This document shows positions 37,381 to 47,198 of a stretch of 64,000 nucleotides of DNA, piece after piece. The stretch spans positions 124,001-188,000 of IMG/VR virus record IMGVR_UViG_3300046507_000773, one strand, 5' to 3'. The translations under genes and the position numbers were made by a program. The notes under the pieces were generated by a model. The model did no database searches. It was given only the letters and a program-made list of their open reading frames with translations, and was not told the origin of the DNA. Position 1 is the stretch's first letter, and every line of letters begins with the position of its first letter.

Positions 37381-39384
37381 ATGGCCGTACAAGGTAAAGA
37401 CGATCCGAAGAAGAACACCACTGGCTTCGGTTCCAACCAGCAGCAGCAAACCGCCATGGGCGCCAGCTTCGAGCGCGCTCGTGAAAACCAGCAACCCAAC
37501 CAGAACGAAAGCATGAACAACAACTTCGGCTCGAACACCACCGGCAACGACGACGGCATGTGGTCCTTCCTGAACCCGTCCGCAAACGGCCTGTACACCG
37601 TCACCGACACCGCCGCCGGCGAAGCCCTGTCCAAGCTGGACAAGGCCCTGGGCGAGATCTACAAGAGCGCCAACCCGGCGATCCAGATCACCACGCTGCC
37701 GCTGTCGATGGAAGCGAACCAGATGCTGAACATCGACACGCTGGTCGTCATCACCCGCCTGACCAACGTGCCGCAGGCCGGCATCGCCTACCACCCGATC
37801 CTGATCGCTTCCTCGATCCCGAAGATCGAAGACGCAGTCGTCCAGGTCAACGGCGTGAACACCAACGAAACCCGCGTCGAAGGCGACGTGGCTGACGACG
37901 TCTTCCACGAAGCCGTCTTCAACGAAGTGCGCCGCCTGTTCCCGAACGACCAGGTCACCATCACCCTGGGCGAAGTGCTGCCGCGCGTCTTCAACTTCGA
38001 CGACAAGGACGCCGTCCAGAAAGTCGCACGCAATGCCTCGATGGCCGGCGCCGTGACCCTGCAGAAACTGGTGCCGGGCTGGAGCGACCTGAACCTGGCG
38101 AACGTCAAGAAGGACTCGAGCCTGACCCTGCGCTCGAACTACGGCCAGCCGAACGAAAACAACCGCGTCGGCCTGCCGGTCCGCTCGGACGTCGTCGTGT
38201 CCCTGACCGCCGAGCCGCTGAACCAGAACCAAGGCCAGCAGCGCCGTTCGGTCGTGCAGACCCGTTCCCGCGAAGTCTCGCGTGTCCAGGCCTTCGTCGA
38301 TCTGGTCTGGGCGCCGACCACCGGTCCGCGCAATCCGTTCTTCAATGCGCAGATGAACCAGCAGCCGGCATTCGGCCAGCCGGTGCAGCAGACCAACCCG
38401 CACCAGCGTTACATCCCGCGCATCGTCGTGACCGGCCTGTCGACCCAGAACCCGCCGACCACCGCCATGCAGCTGCTGTCGGCCCTGCTGTCGTCGTACA
38501 TCAGCGAAGAAGGTCACTGGGTCCACGCGTTCCAGCCGCGTACCTACCGTTCGGGCTCGAAAGAGATCGACATGCACGACATCGGCGCGCTCGCTATCGA
38601 AGCCAACTTCGAGAACGATCCGTCCGGCCTGGGCCAGCGTGTGGACACCAGCCTGGAAACCTTCCAGCCGATGCTCGCCGATTACCTGGCGGCCATCATC
38701 CGTCCTGACCCGATCATCTCGGTCGACGTCGACGAATGCGGCCCGGACAGCTGGTACAACGGCTTCCTGCCGATGGCAGCTGAAGGTCAACAGGAAGCGC
38801 TGGACGAACTGTTCAACGCATGGAACATCCTGACCAACGGCCGCTTCGCCATCAACTGGGAAAAAGCGCAGTACAACGGCCAGATCTGCACCGACGAGAA
38901 CAACCGCATCCACCTGGGTTACTACCTGGACGCGGAAGGCAACCGTCGCGACCTGCGCGAAATCGACTACCTGGCTGTGCTGAACCGTTTCGGCGGCGGC
39001 ACCGACCACGACATCGTCAAGCGCTGGTCCGACTCGTTCATCGACGGTACCGATCCGCTGCTGAAGCGTCTGGAAAACCGCAAGAAGATCATCGACATGA
39101 TGACGCAGAACACCGCGGTGTACACGGGCTTCGCTCGTCGCATCTCCTTCGCGCACGTCCTGATGCAAGTCGGCGCCAAGTCGGCCAAGGAAGCCGGCCT
39201 GGACTTCCGTACCATCTCGAGCCACGCTCAGCTGAAGACCAACGAACGCGCCTCCGGCAACTTCGACAACCTGATGATGTCGGGCAGCCAGAGCTCGGGC
39301 CTGTTCGGCCGCACCTCGTTCGGTCAAGCGTCGAACAACTTCGGCTCGAACCGTTCGTTCGGCTTCTCGCGCAGCAGCTTCTAA
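37381..39384 (+). CDS. chmA: Chimallin, the major phage nuclear shell protein
   Basis: 667 aa with extreme codon bias, between the gp52-like gene and nvRNAP beta'. Disordered termini, and ENNRIHLGYYLDAEGNRRDLREIDYLAVLN matches the chimallin pattern. Confidence 0.9.
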   Translation: MAVQGKDDPKKNTTGFGSNQQQQTAMGASFERARENQQPNQNESMNNNFGSNTTGNDDGMWSFLNPSANGLYTVTDTAAGEALSKLDKALGEIYKSANPAIQITTLPLSMEANQMLNIDTLVVITRLTNVPQAGIAYHPILIASSIPKIEDAVVQVNGVNTNETRVEGDVADDVFHEAVFNEVRRLFPNDQVTITLGEVLPRVFNFDDKDAVQKVARNASMAGAVTLQKLVPGWSDLNLANVKKDSSLTLRSNYGQPNENNRVGLPVRSDVVVSLTAEPLNQNQGQQRRSVVQTRSREVSRVQAFVDLVWAPTTGPRNPFFNAQMNQQPAFGQPVQQTNPHQRYIPRIVVTGLSTQNPPTTAMQLLSALLSSYISEEGHWVHAFQPRTYRSGSKEIDMHDIGALAIEANFENDPSGLGQRVDTSLETFQPMLADYLAAIIRPDPIISVDVDECGPDSWYNGFLPMAAEGQQEALDELFNAWNILTNGRFAINWEKAQYNGQICTDENNRIHLGYYLDAEGNRRDLREIDYLAVLNRFGGGTDHDIVKRWSDSFIDGTDPLLKRLENRKKIIDMMTQNTAVYTGFARRISFAHVLMQVGAKSAKEAGLDFRTISSHAQLKTNERASGNFDNLMMSGSQSSGLFGRTSFGQASNNFGSNRSFGFSRSSF

Positions 39385-39414
39385 GCGGCGACGCCACTGA
39401 CGTGGTAACATGAA

Positions 39415-39446
39415 TAAGGGGGGCTTCGGCTCCCCTTATTTTTTTC
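39415..39446 (+). terminator. Intrinsic terminator of chmA
   Basis: AATAAGGGGGGC-TTCG-GCTCCCCTTATT followed by a T-run. Confidence 0.8.
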
Positions 39447-39472
39447 TGTGTTTTAAGTTCAAGGAGGATATC

Positions 39473-40954
39473 ATCGGTATCTCACTAGAACTTGTCAATT
39501 TCAATACTTTGTTTCGGCAAGGGTCTCGTAAAGAGAAGTTGATCATCAACGACTTCGACAATACGAGTACCGAGCAAAGGAAGATCTTCGACAAGATTAT
39601 CTATACCGAGTACGACAACGCTGACTTGCTGAGCAACCTGCCCACTTGCGAATGCGGTCACTTGTACGGACAGCACCTCGAACATGTAACGTGTACCGTG
39701 TGTAACTCCGAAGTTCTTGCGCCGCTCGAGCAAGACCTAGAGCCTGTTGTGTGGATGCGTTCACCCAACGGTGTTGCAGACCTGATTAACCCGAGTGCCT
39801 GGGCGATGATGTCCAAGCGCTTCGAACGACAAAGCTTTGACTTTGTACGCTTCTTCGCAGATCGCGATTATCGGCCGAATGTAAAAGATCCGGACGCGCT
39901 GCCTGAGGTACTGAGTTGGGGCATCCCGCGCGGGTACAACAGTTTCGTCGAAAACTTCGACATCCTGATGAACCTGTTCTTTGAATCGAAGCACTTCCGT
40001 CTGCGTAAAGGCGAACGGGACGATTTCCGAATCCTTCTTGAGAGGTATCGGGATTGCTTCTTCTGCGAGTTCTTGCCACTACCTAATCGCTCGGTCCTCG
40101 TGATCGAGAAGACGAACGTGGGCAAGTACGTGGATGATACGATTCCTGGTGTGATCGACGCAATCTACACCATGATCGGCATCGACGCACCGATGTCAGG
40201 CCACAGCGTCCGTGTTAAGGAAAACCGGACGATCAAGACCATCATCCAGCTCAACGACTTCAGCGAACAGACCATTCGGAAGAAGCTGGCAAAGAAACCT
40301 GGCGTGTTCCGCAAACACGTCTACGGTACCCGAACGCACTTTAGCTTCCGTGCGGTCATCTCGTCGAACACCAACGCGCACGACTACGACGAGTTGCACT
40401 TGCCTTGGGGCGTGGCTGTCAACCTGCTGAACTTGCACCTGCGTAATAAGCTGGACAAGATGGGTTACACGCCGAACGAAGCCCTGGCATTCCTGAACGA
40501 GTATTCGCTCAAGTACCATCCGGTGCTGGATGCTCTGTTCCAGGAACTGATCGCCGAAAGCCCGTACGTCGGTCTGCCAGTCGTGTTCCAGCGTAATCCG
40601 TCGCTGGAGCGTGGCTCGATTCAGTTCATGTTCGTGACCAAGGTTAAGCCCGATGCCGGTGTTACTACGGTTTCGCTCTCGATCTTGTCGGTGGTTGGCT
40701 TTAACGCTGACTTCGACGGCGACCAGCTGAACGGTACGCTGCTACTCGACAACTACACTGCGGAAGAAATGAAAGCTCTTGCCCCACACAAGAGCGTGTT
40801 CGACATGAACACTCCGCGTGCACCGTCGCGTAACTCGTCGATGCCGAAACCGGTTGTGGCCACCATCGCCCACTGGTATCATCTCGATGAGGACCACGTC
40901 TATGATCCGGAGAAGGCCCGGTTAATGGACGACATACCGACATTGTCGGATTAA
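39473..40954 (+). CDS. Non-virion RNA polymerase beta' N-terminal catalytic subunit (phiKZ gp55-56.1-like); probable ATC start
   Basis: Zn-finger CECG...CTVC, SFRAVIS, FQRNPSL and catalytic NADFDGD. AGGAGG at 39462-39467 lies 5 nt upstream of the in-frame ATC at 39473. Confidence 0.92.
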   Translation: MGISLELVNFNTLFRQGSRKEKLIINDFDNTSTEQRKIFDKIIYTEYDNADLLSNLPTCECGHLYGQHLEHVTCTVCNSEVLAPLEQDLEPVVWMRSPNGVADLINPSAWAMMSKRFERQSFDFVRFFADRDYRPNVKDPDALPEVLSWGIPRGYNSFVENFDILMNLFFESKHFRLRKGERDDFRILLERYRDCFFCEFLPLPNRSVLVIEKTNVGKYVDDTIPGVIDAIYTMIGIDAPMSGHSVRVKENRTIKTIIQLNDFSEQTIRKKLAKKPGVFRKHVYGTRTHFSFRAVISSNTNAHDYDELHLPWGVAVNLLNLHLRNKLDKMGYTPNEALAFLNEYSLKYHPVLDALFQELIAESPYVGLPVVFQRNPSLERGSIQFMFVTKVKPDAGVTTVSLSILSVVGFNADFDGDQLNGTLLLDNYTAEEMKALAPHKSVFDMNTPRAPSRNSSMPKPVVATIAHWYHLDEDHVYDPEKARLMDDIPTLSD

Positions 40955-40970
40955 AAGAAAAGGAGTTCGT

Positions 40971-41597
40971 ATGGCACGCTTTTTCGTCGGCAGCGCCGAT
41001 GAATTTGAAAGCCAAACATTTGCTCCACCGCACGCTGGTACGGTAGAGTACTTGCGCGGCCAAACGGAGCAAGCAGCACACGGATGGGGTGACAACATCA
41101 CTCCATTCGCCCAGATGTTCATGGAGCGCGCTCAGCAGACATTCGACAAGTTCTACAGTTCGGATGCGCTCGCGAAAGCTCGTGCCGCACTTCGTAAGAC
41201 CGCCAACCTCTTTAAGCGCGATATCATCGTGCCGATGGAGACCATGGAGGACTTTCAGAACGCTACGCCGCGAAACCAAAGAACCATCATGGCTTTTCCG
41301 CGTTTGCGTAAGCTGTATCAGGAACAGATGTGCGATGGCTTTGAAGGTCAGTACGTTGACCTTTATCCGGGAACCATTGGCGAAAGCCATCCGGATTATC
41401 GCCGCATCTATACTGGCGAAGTGAAAGAGGACGCCGACGGCGATATCATGGTAACCCACTATATCGGCGACGAAGAAGATCTTGAAACGTATCCGGCTGA
41501 TGAAATCCATATCGACCGGGCAAACCTCTCGATTCTCGATGTCCTCATGGACGTAAGCAACAAAGATCCGTCCAATTCCTCGGGCGGCTCGCTGTAA
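40971..41597 (+). CDS. Conserved protein at the phiKZ gp59 (Imp3) position
   Basis: AAGGAG RBS; 208 aa; synteny directly after nvRNAP beta'. Confidence 0.55.
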   Translation: MARFFVGSADEFESQTFAPPHAGTVEYLRGQTEQAAHGWGDNITPFAQMFMERAQQTFDKFYSSDALAKARAALRKTANLFKRDIIVPMETMEDFQNATPRNQRTIMAFPRLRKLYQEQMCDGFEGQYVDLYPGTIGESHPDYRRIYTGEVKEDADGDIMVTHYIGDEEDLETYPADEIHIDRANLSILDVLMDVSNKDPSNSSGGSL

Positions 41598-41707
41598 TGA
41601 AAGGCACTCCGCCCATTGGCGGGGTGCTTTTTTATCCCGGCTTTACTTTCTTTTCTTCTTTGCTTTGATGGTATGTTCAGTAAAATCCTACCAAAGTGAG
41701 GAATAGC

Positions 41708-42112
41708 ATGAGTGCTGTTGTCCCAACATTATCCCCAGTCGGCTGGGCACGAAGCCCGGAAGACAAAGCGTTCTTTTTGTTTTCGCATTTCTACGAGTCA
41801 GAGAAAAACCAAACGCGAGTCTACGGAAACAACGTTTCCAACTTGCAGTGGCTCAACGCCGAATACGGCACGGACATCCCTGAGTTCTGCGCACAATTGC
41901 GTAAGACTCTCACTGACTACCTGGGTCGTCATTTCGATAGCGTCAACGTTGACGTAACTAGCGATATGAACACCAACCCAGGGAGCCAGATCAACATCAA
42001 GGTTTCGTCCTCGGTCTTCGAGAACGGTATCAAGTATTCTTTTGGCCACCTCGTCCAACAGAACGGTAAAGTCGTAAAGCTTCTCACCCTCATTAACGGT
42101 AGTTATCAGTAA
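41708..42112 (+). CDS. Conserved core protein (phiKZ gp61-like position)
   Basis: GAGGA RBS; VVPTLSPVGW start; synteny. Confidence 0.6.
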   Translation: MSAVVPTLSPVGWARSPEDKAFFLFSHFYESEKNQTRVYGNNVSNLQWLNAEYGTDIPEFCAQLRKTLTDYLGRHFDSVNVDVTSDMNTNPGSQINIKVSSSVFENGIKYSFGHLVQQNGKVVKLLTLINGSYQ

Positions 42113-42123
42113 AAGGAAACACC

Positions 42124-42675
42124 ATGGCAGTTGACATCAAAAAGATCTTCGCCGACATCGAGCGCGCCACCGAAACCGAGACCCGCCGCATCTCGGAAGC
42201 TGCGTTCAAGACCATCTTTTTGCCGATGTTCCAGAACCAGGACAGCAATCCGCACGGCATGGTCCTGATGAAATGGGCGCAATACGTGGGCAGCATCTTC
42301 CACAAGGCCTACGTGGTCGACGAAAAGAACAACATCCTGTTCACGGTGCCGCCGGTCGTCAAACGCGACGCCATCGCTGAACTGGGCCGGACCGACGGTG
42401 ACGGTCGTCCGCTGCAAAACGTGGCGCACATGATCAATACCTACAACCAGATGACCAACATCGGGCCGATTCCTGCGGAAAATTATCTCAATGAACAATT
42501 AACCAGGCGCCTTTCTATTATGAAAGGCGACCAGAACTATCTGGACGACCTCACGGCCTGGAACGAAATCTTCAAACGCTACGGCGTGGCGCCGATCAAA
42601 GAGGTCGACGGCGTGACCACCAAAACCGACACGAAAGGTATCGCATCGCAACATGACGAAATCGAGCCGCTCTAA
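42124..42675 (+). CDS. Conserved core protein (phiKZ gp62-like position)
   Basis: AAGGA RBS; strong codon bias; LFTVPP motif. Confidence 0.6.
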   Translation: MAVDIKKIFADIERATETETRRISEAAFKTIFLPMFQNQDSNPHGMVLMKWAQYVGSIFHKAYVVDEKNNILFTVPPVVKRDAIAELGRTDGDGRPLQNVAHMINTYNQMTNIGPIPAENYLNEQLTRRLSIMKGDQNYLDDLTAWNEIFKRYGVAPIKEVDGVTTKTDTKGIASQHDEIEPL

Positions 42676-43780
42676 AGTAAAGGGCGCATCGTTAAGTGAT
42701 CTACACCTGTTACATCGACGTACTCCTACGTCACTCCTGATTAAGAATCTGTACACGTCCTTACCCGACAATCAGGAGACTGCCGACTTGGATATCATCT
42801 TCTTAGCCGGAGATGTGTTCGATGATCTGGCAACATTAGCAAACGAGAATCTGTGGGAAGTGAAGATCTGGATTGCGAACCTTCTGAGGATGTGCAAGAA
42901 ACATGGCATCATCTTGCGCGTCTTAGAAGGAACGCCCAGCCATGATTGGAAACAATCCTGGCTCTTCCCACTGATTAACGAGATAGCAGGCATTGGCGCC
43001 GACATCAAACACGTGAAAGAACTCTCCATCGAGTACATAGAGCCCATCGGTATATCCGTGCTCTATGTGCCCGATGAGTGGGGTCCTACCGACAAAACCT
43101 TAAGCCAAGTACAAGAACTGCTGCAAGCCAAAGGGCTTGATAAGGTAGATCTTGCTATCATGCATGGACAGTTCGCACATCAGTTACCATCCCATGTGAC
43201 GGCTCCCAAGCACGACGCTTCCGCGTATTTGGAACTGGTTCGCTTCTTTATCTTCATTGGCCATGTGCACACCTACAGCCGCTATGACCGCATCATCGCG
43301 CAAGGTAGTCACGACCGTAACGGTCATGGGGAAGAGGAAGCTAAGGGACACGTGAGGTTTGAGATTGATCTGGAAAGCGGAGAACACACCGTCCAGTTCG
43401 TCGAGAACAAGGGTGCTCAGCGTTACCTGACTATTCAGTGTAACGGGCTCGACTTAGAAGAAACGCTTAACGAAATCGGACGACAGATCAAGGACCTGCC
43501 TGACTTGTCGTTTGTGCGCATCGAAGCTGATTATACCAACCCCATCCTGGCTAACTTGGATGCCGTGGCTCGCCGCTGGCCCATGCTAACCTGGTCAAAA
43601 CTGGTACGAAAGGAAGAGAAGGAAGAAAAAGAAGAGTTAGAGAACGAAGAAGTACATTACACCCCGCTTACCATTACCCGCGAAAACGTTAGCGGGCTTC
43701 TCATGGACCGACTTGTACGAGCCGGTTTGCAAGGTAGCCAACTTGGTACGGCTGATCGACTCTTAGGAGGGTTGCTATGA
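42653..43780 (+). CDS. sbcD: SbcD/Mre11-like metallophosphoesterase nuclease (gp65-like)
   Basis: SDLH, AGDVFD, LEGTPSHD, MHG and GHVH motifs. Confidence 0.88.
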   Translation: MTKSSRSKVKGASLSDLHLLHRRTPTSLLIKNLYTSLPDNQETADLDIIFLAGDVFDDLATLANENLWEVKIWIANLLRMCKKHGIILRVLEGTPSHDWKQSWLFPLINEIAGIGADIKHVKELSIEYIEPIGISVLYVPDEWGPTDKTLSQVQELLQAKGLDKVDLAIMHGQFAHQLPSHVTAPKHDASAYLELVRFFIFIGHVHTYSRYDRIIAQGSHDRNGHGEEEAKGHVRFEIDLESGEHTVQFVENKGAQRYLTIQCNGLDLEETLNEIGRQIKDLPDLSFVRIEADYTNPILANLDAVARRWPMLTWSKLVRKEEKEEKEELENEEVHYTPLTITRENVSGLLMDRLVRAGLQGSQLGTADRLLGGLL

Positions 43781-44640
43781 ATCCGTATTTTGAAGGCATT
43801 GCGGCGCGTGCCGTTGGGGAATACGTTCCCATTTCGGTCGCGACCGCCATTGCAATTGAGAATGCTTGCGGTATCAATCCTGAGACCCGCTTGAAAAAGA
43901 ACCCCATCGAAGGTGTTGATCAGTTCCACGTCAACATCCGAACTCTCTTCCGTAACTTCATGGGCGCTTTGGATACGGCAACGCTACGTGGCGTGCCGCC
44001 CGTATTCATCGCACCTGTACTAATAGAAGAGATGGACTATATCGAAAGCATCATTCGAGACTATTCCAATGGGGGCGCTAAGGTCGTCTTTTACTTCAGC
44101 AACTATAAGAACCTGGAGTGGAAGTATCCGAAGGCTGTGATTCGCCGCGACAACACCGACAAGCAGAAAAGCTATCGGGCGACGATGAACGATACCATGG
44201 CTACCCTTTTCGACACCGTGCCTGAAAGGATTAAAGGCTATGATTTAAAGCTTGGCGATAAAGACACGCACTTGGCTCGAGCATTGATGTTGACGAATTA
44301 CGCATACGACTTGCTGTCGCATCGCGAGTTCCGAGACTTAAAGCTTATCGAATCCCACACGGGAGCGGTGAAAGAGCGAGCGCAGTGGTACACCAAGTAC
44401 CACAACGGGAAGGACTTAGCGATGATTCCTTTCCGTGAGGATCTTATTCAAGTGTTTGGGGACTCCGAGACATTCGTGCCAATGGACATTAAGCTCCGTA
44501 AGCTCATCATTGGGCTGGCCGAAAAGAATCGTTGGGGACCCTTGACGACGATGAGTAAGATCAGTGACAACTTGAAGCAGCTTGAGCAAACCAATGGCTT
44601 CGCTGCGGCAATTGTCAAGAGCCTTTTAGTTGGACCCTAG
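43777..44640 (+). CDS. Conserved core protein, possibly a 5'-3' (FEN/PIN-like) nuclease (gp66-like)
   Basis: FHVNIRTLFRN and QVFGDS segments; synteny. The functional call is weak. Confidence 0.5.
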   Translation: MNPYFEGIAARAVGEYVPISVATAIAIENACGINPETRLKKNPIEGVDQFHVNIRTLFRNFMGALDTATLRGVPPVFIAPVLIEEMDYIESIIRDYSNGGAKVVFYFSNYKNLEWKYPKAVIRRDNTDKQKSYRATMNDTMATLFDTVPERIKGYDLKLGDKDTHLARALMLTNYAYDLLSHREFRDLKLIESHTGAVKERAQWYTKYHNGKDLAMIPFREDLIQVFGDSETFVPMDIKLRKLIIGLAEKNRWGPLTTMSKISDNLKQLEQTNGFAAAIVKSLLVGP

Positions 44641-44735
44641 CAGCATCGGCCAGGTTAATTTTTACTGAATCTTGGTAAAATAAACGGGCCGCTTTAATAC
44701 AATGAGCCTAGTAATCTTACAACACGAGGACTAAC

Positions 44736-45503
44736 ATGAGTGACAACAATAACGGTGGTGGCAACGGTTTCGGCGCTCCGCCGCGCGTCAAGAACGCATT
44801 CGACATCACCAAGCTGAAGCTTACCGCCAAGGGTGCCGATGGCCAGAGCAAAGCCACGATCCAGCTGACCCTGCACCAGAACATGCCGCGCTTCGTCGTC
44901 TGGACCGGCAACGCCGCCGAACGCGAAGACCGCAACAAAGGCTACGGCAAGATCATCGCCGCTCTGGACCCGGTCGTCCTCGCCGGTTTCTGGGGCATCC
45001 TGGACGAAGTGATCGACCATCAAGGCAAGACCAAGATGGCTGTGCAGAACAAGGGCCACAAGTTCTTCGGCGGCCAGCGCTCCGAGCGTCCGGAAGTGCT
45101 GAACACCCTGATCGTCGGCAAAGACGAAGACGGCGTCATCTGGATGATGGTTTCCGAAAAGGGCCGCGACCAGATCCGCTTCGAGTTCCGCTTCCCGGAA
45201 TACCACGTCATGATGAATGGCGACGGCACCCCGGTCGACAGCGCAACCGAATGCCGCATGGTGGCCAAGGGCTACCGTGAACTCATGAGCCGCCTGATGG
45301 TGACCATGATGGCCGACAACTACGTCGAACCGCCTCCGTTCGAGAAGAAGGGTGGCGGCGGTGGCAACCGTGGTAACTGGAACGGTGGCAACCGCGGCGG
45401 CAATGGCGGTAACGGTGGTGGCAACCGCGGCAACTACGGCGGCGGTAACGGCGGTGGCAATTCCGGCGGTGGCGGTGGCATGGACGACGACATCCCGTTC
45501 TAA
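44736..45503 (+). CDS. chmC: ChmC-like nucleus-associated nucleic-acid-binding protein (phiKZ gp67/Imp6 position) with a Gly/Asn tail ending DDDIPF
   Basis: Beta-rich ~200-aa domain plus a (GGN)n low-complexity tail; lies directly upstream of the gp68-like gene. Confidence 0.7.
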   Translation: MSDNNNGGGNGFGAPPRVKNAFDITKLKLTAKGADGQSKATIQLTLHQNMPRFVVWTGNAAEREDRNKGYGKIIAALDPVVLAGFWGILDEVIDHQGKTKMAVQNKGHKFFGGQRSERPEVLNTLIVGKDEDGVIWMMVSEKGRDQIRFEFRFPEYHVMMNGDGTPVDSATECRMVAKGYRELMSRLMVTMMADNYVEPPPFEKKGGGGGNRGNWNGGNRGGNGGNGGGNRGNYGGGNGGGNSGGGGGMDDDIPF

Positions 45504-45595
45504 GCCTTCACCTTCTAAGTAAAGTAAGCCCAACTGTCCTTTGCGGGGCGGTTGGGCTTTTTTTGGTAGTACAATTCAAGTACGGGATGAAAAAC

Positions 45596-45622
45596 ATTTC
45601 AATCACATATCACGTATTTGAA
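45596..45622 (+). promoter_or_regulatory. Putative early promoter
   Basis: ATTTCAATC-ACATATCAC-GTAT-TTG, core at 45605-45613. Confidence 0.6.
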
Positions 45623-45656
45623 TTGTAAGCCAGATTCATTTATAAGGAGAAGAAGC

Positions 45657-47198
45657 TTGAAGCTTGCAGAGCCGGATGATCTCCTAAGTGAGAAGTCCAC
45701 CGTGATCCTGTCGCACGGTAACGAACAAATCAGCTGGAACATTTCCATGCTGGCTCGCACGCGGAATGAAGAGAACCTCGACCGTTTCAAGGAATTAAAC
45801 GGATACTGGGCTCGCCTGCCGGAAAAACGTCAGGACGAGATCTTCAAGGTGTACACCGATATCAAGGACGTACTCCATTCCTCGAGCGATCAAAACGCGG
45901 TAGCCTTGCGACTGCAGCCGCTAGTTGCAAAGCTGTTTAAGCTTAACCCGATGGACGAGATGGCAACGTATCTCGCCATCTACGAGGATCTCAAGATCCC
46001 CTCGAATATCCACGAACACTACGACAGTAGCGGGGATTCGAGAAATAGCGAACAAGGTACTTACGTTACTAAGCAGTACCGTGACCTTGTTACCATGTCG
46101 GTAACGCTGCGCATCATGGTCCCAGTCTGGGGCGACTACATCGCAATTACTGAGCGTCTCGCGGGGACGACGTTCAAGGAATTCATCGCGATGCAGCTGT
46201 TGGCGCATGCGGCTATCTACAATTCGGACACGATGAACCGGCTGCGCGAATACATCCAAGCGCGTCTGCCACCGGAAACTCCGAAAGAAGTTATCTTCCA
46301 GGGCATCAGCTCGGAAGACTTCCCGGATTGGATTCTGGCCCGAATCCTCACACGTCGTCTGGTTGTTGCCGACTTGCGCGGTAACGACGTGAAGAAGTCC
46401 TTGATGCCTTTCCTGCATAGCTTCATCGAAGGCATGGTGAACCCGAAGCGTAACAACTTCACCAGCATGATCAAGGAAAAGACCTTGGAAGCCGGCGGGT
46501 CCACGGAAGACAGCAACCTCTCCATCTTGGAGGGTTACCGTCCCCGAGCCGAGCTTACCGCAGGCAACATCGCGCACATGGCAACTTACACCCGCAATGC
46601 AGAGCGGATGGCCAAGCGCATCTGTCCCGATCTTCCCGAGGAATTACTGGCATACAGTCTGCGCTCTTCAAAAGCGCTGTTGACGCAGATGATCATGCCA
46701 GTCCAACTCTCGCTTGCATCGTGGATACTTCGTCCGGTTCTTCCGGTACGCGCCTTGCCGTACTTCCGTAAAGTCGACGTGGTTCGCTGCATCGCTGTAG
46801 CTCAAGCGCTGCTGTGGCACCGTGGGCATTACGAACTGGCAGGTCTGGTGAGTGGTGTCGCCCAGCAAAACCAAGGCGTACATCATCAACGCTCAACAGG
46901 CTCTCGTGGTCGCATCCCGACGGAACTGATCGACGAGATCCACCGGCTTTATCCGTACTCGGAAAAGCCAACAGGCAAAATCCGGGAAGGCCAGGATACC
47001 CGTGAACTCAACATGGTAGTACAATCAATCAAGGAGATCGACGGCCTCTTTACGAAATTCGAGTGGACTCTCACCCTGCCGCCAGAGTGGGTCGAGAAGC
47101 TCACCAAAAACAAGAACAACCGCAACTATTCCGTACCCCACGAAATGCGGGTCAGGTTAGCAAGCCTGATCGCTGCAATAGCAAAAAGGAGCTTTTAA
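45657..47198 (+). CDS. nvRNAP promoter-specificity subunit (phiKZ gp68-like); TTG start
   Basis: About 513 aa, helical; AAGGAG 7 nt before TTG 45657; synteny between ChmC and PicA. Confidence 0.75.
   Translation: MKLAEPDDLLSEKSTVILSHGNEQISWNISMLARTRNEENLDRFKELNGYWARLPEKRQDEIFKVYTDIKDVLHSSSDQNAVALRLQPLVAKLFKLNPMDEMATYLAIYEDLKIPSNIHEHYDSSGDSRNSEQGTYVTKQYRDLVTMSVTLRIMVPVWGDYIAITERLAGTTFKEFIAMQLLAHAAIYNSDTMNRLREYIQARLPPETPKEVIFQGISSEDFPDWILARILTRRLVVADLRGNDVKKSLMPFLHSFIEGMVNPKRNNFTSMIKEKTLEAGGSTEDSNLSILEGYRPRAELTAGNIAHMATYTRNAERMAKRICPDLPEELLAYSLRSSKALLTQMIMPVQLSLASWILRPVLPVRALPYFRKVDVVRCIAVAQALLWHRGHYELAGLVSGVAQQNQGVHHQRSTGSRGRIPTELIDEIHRLYPYSEKPTGKIREGQDTRELNMVVQSIKEIDGLFTKFEWTLTLPPEWVEKLTKNKNNRNYSVPHEMRVRLASLIAAIAKRSF

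Noticed and set aside
39410-39472. N-terminal MNKGGFGSPYFFLCF of the nvRNAP beta' ORF
   Set aside because: It overlaps the chmA terminator hairpin and T-run and has no RBS. The real start is likely ATC 39473.
45350-45480. GGC/AAC-rich repeats as a CRISPR array or DGR variable region
   Set aside because: They are in-frame Gly/Asn codons of the ChmC tail. There is no repeat-spacer periodicity, no reverse transcriptase and no template/variable repeat pair in the window.
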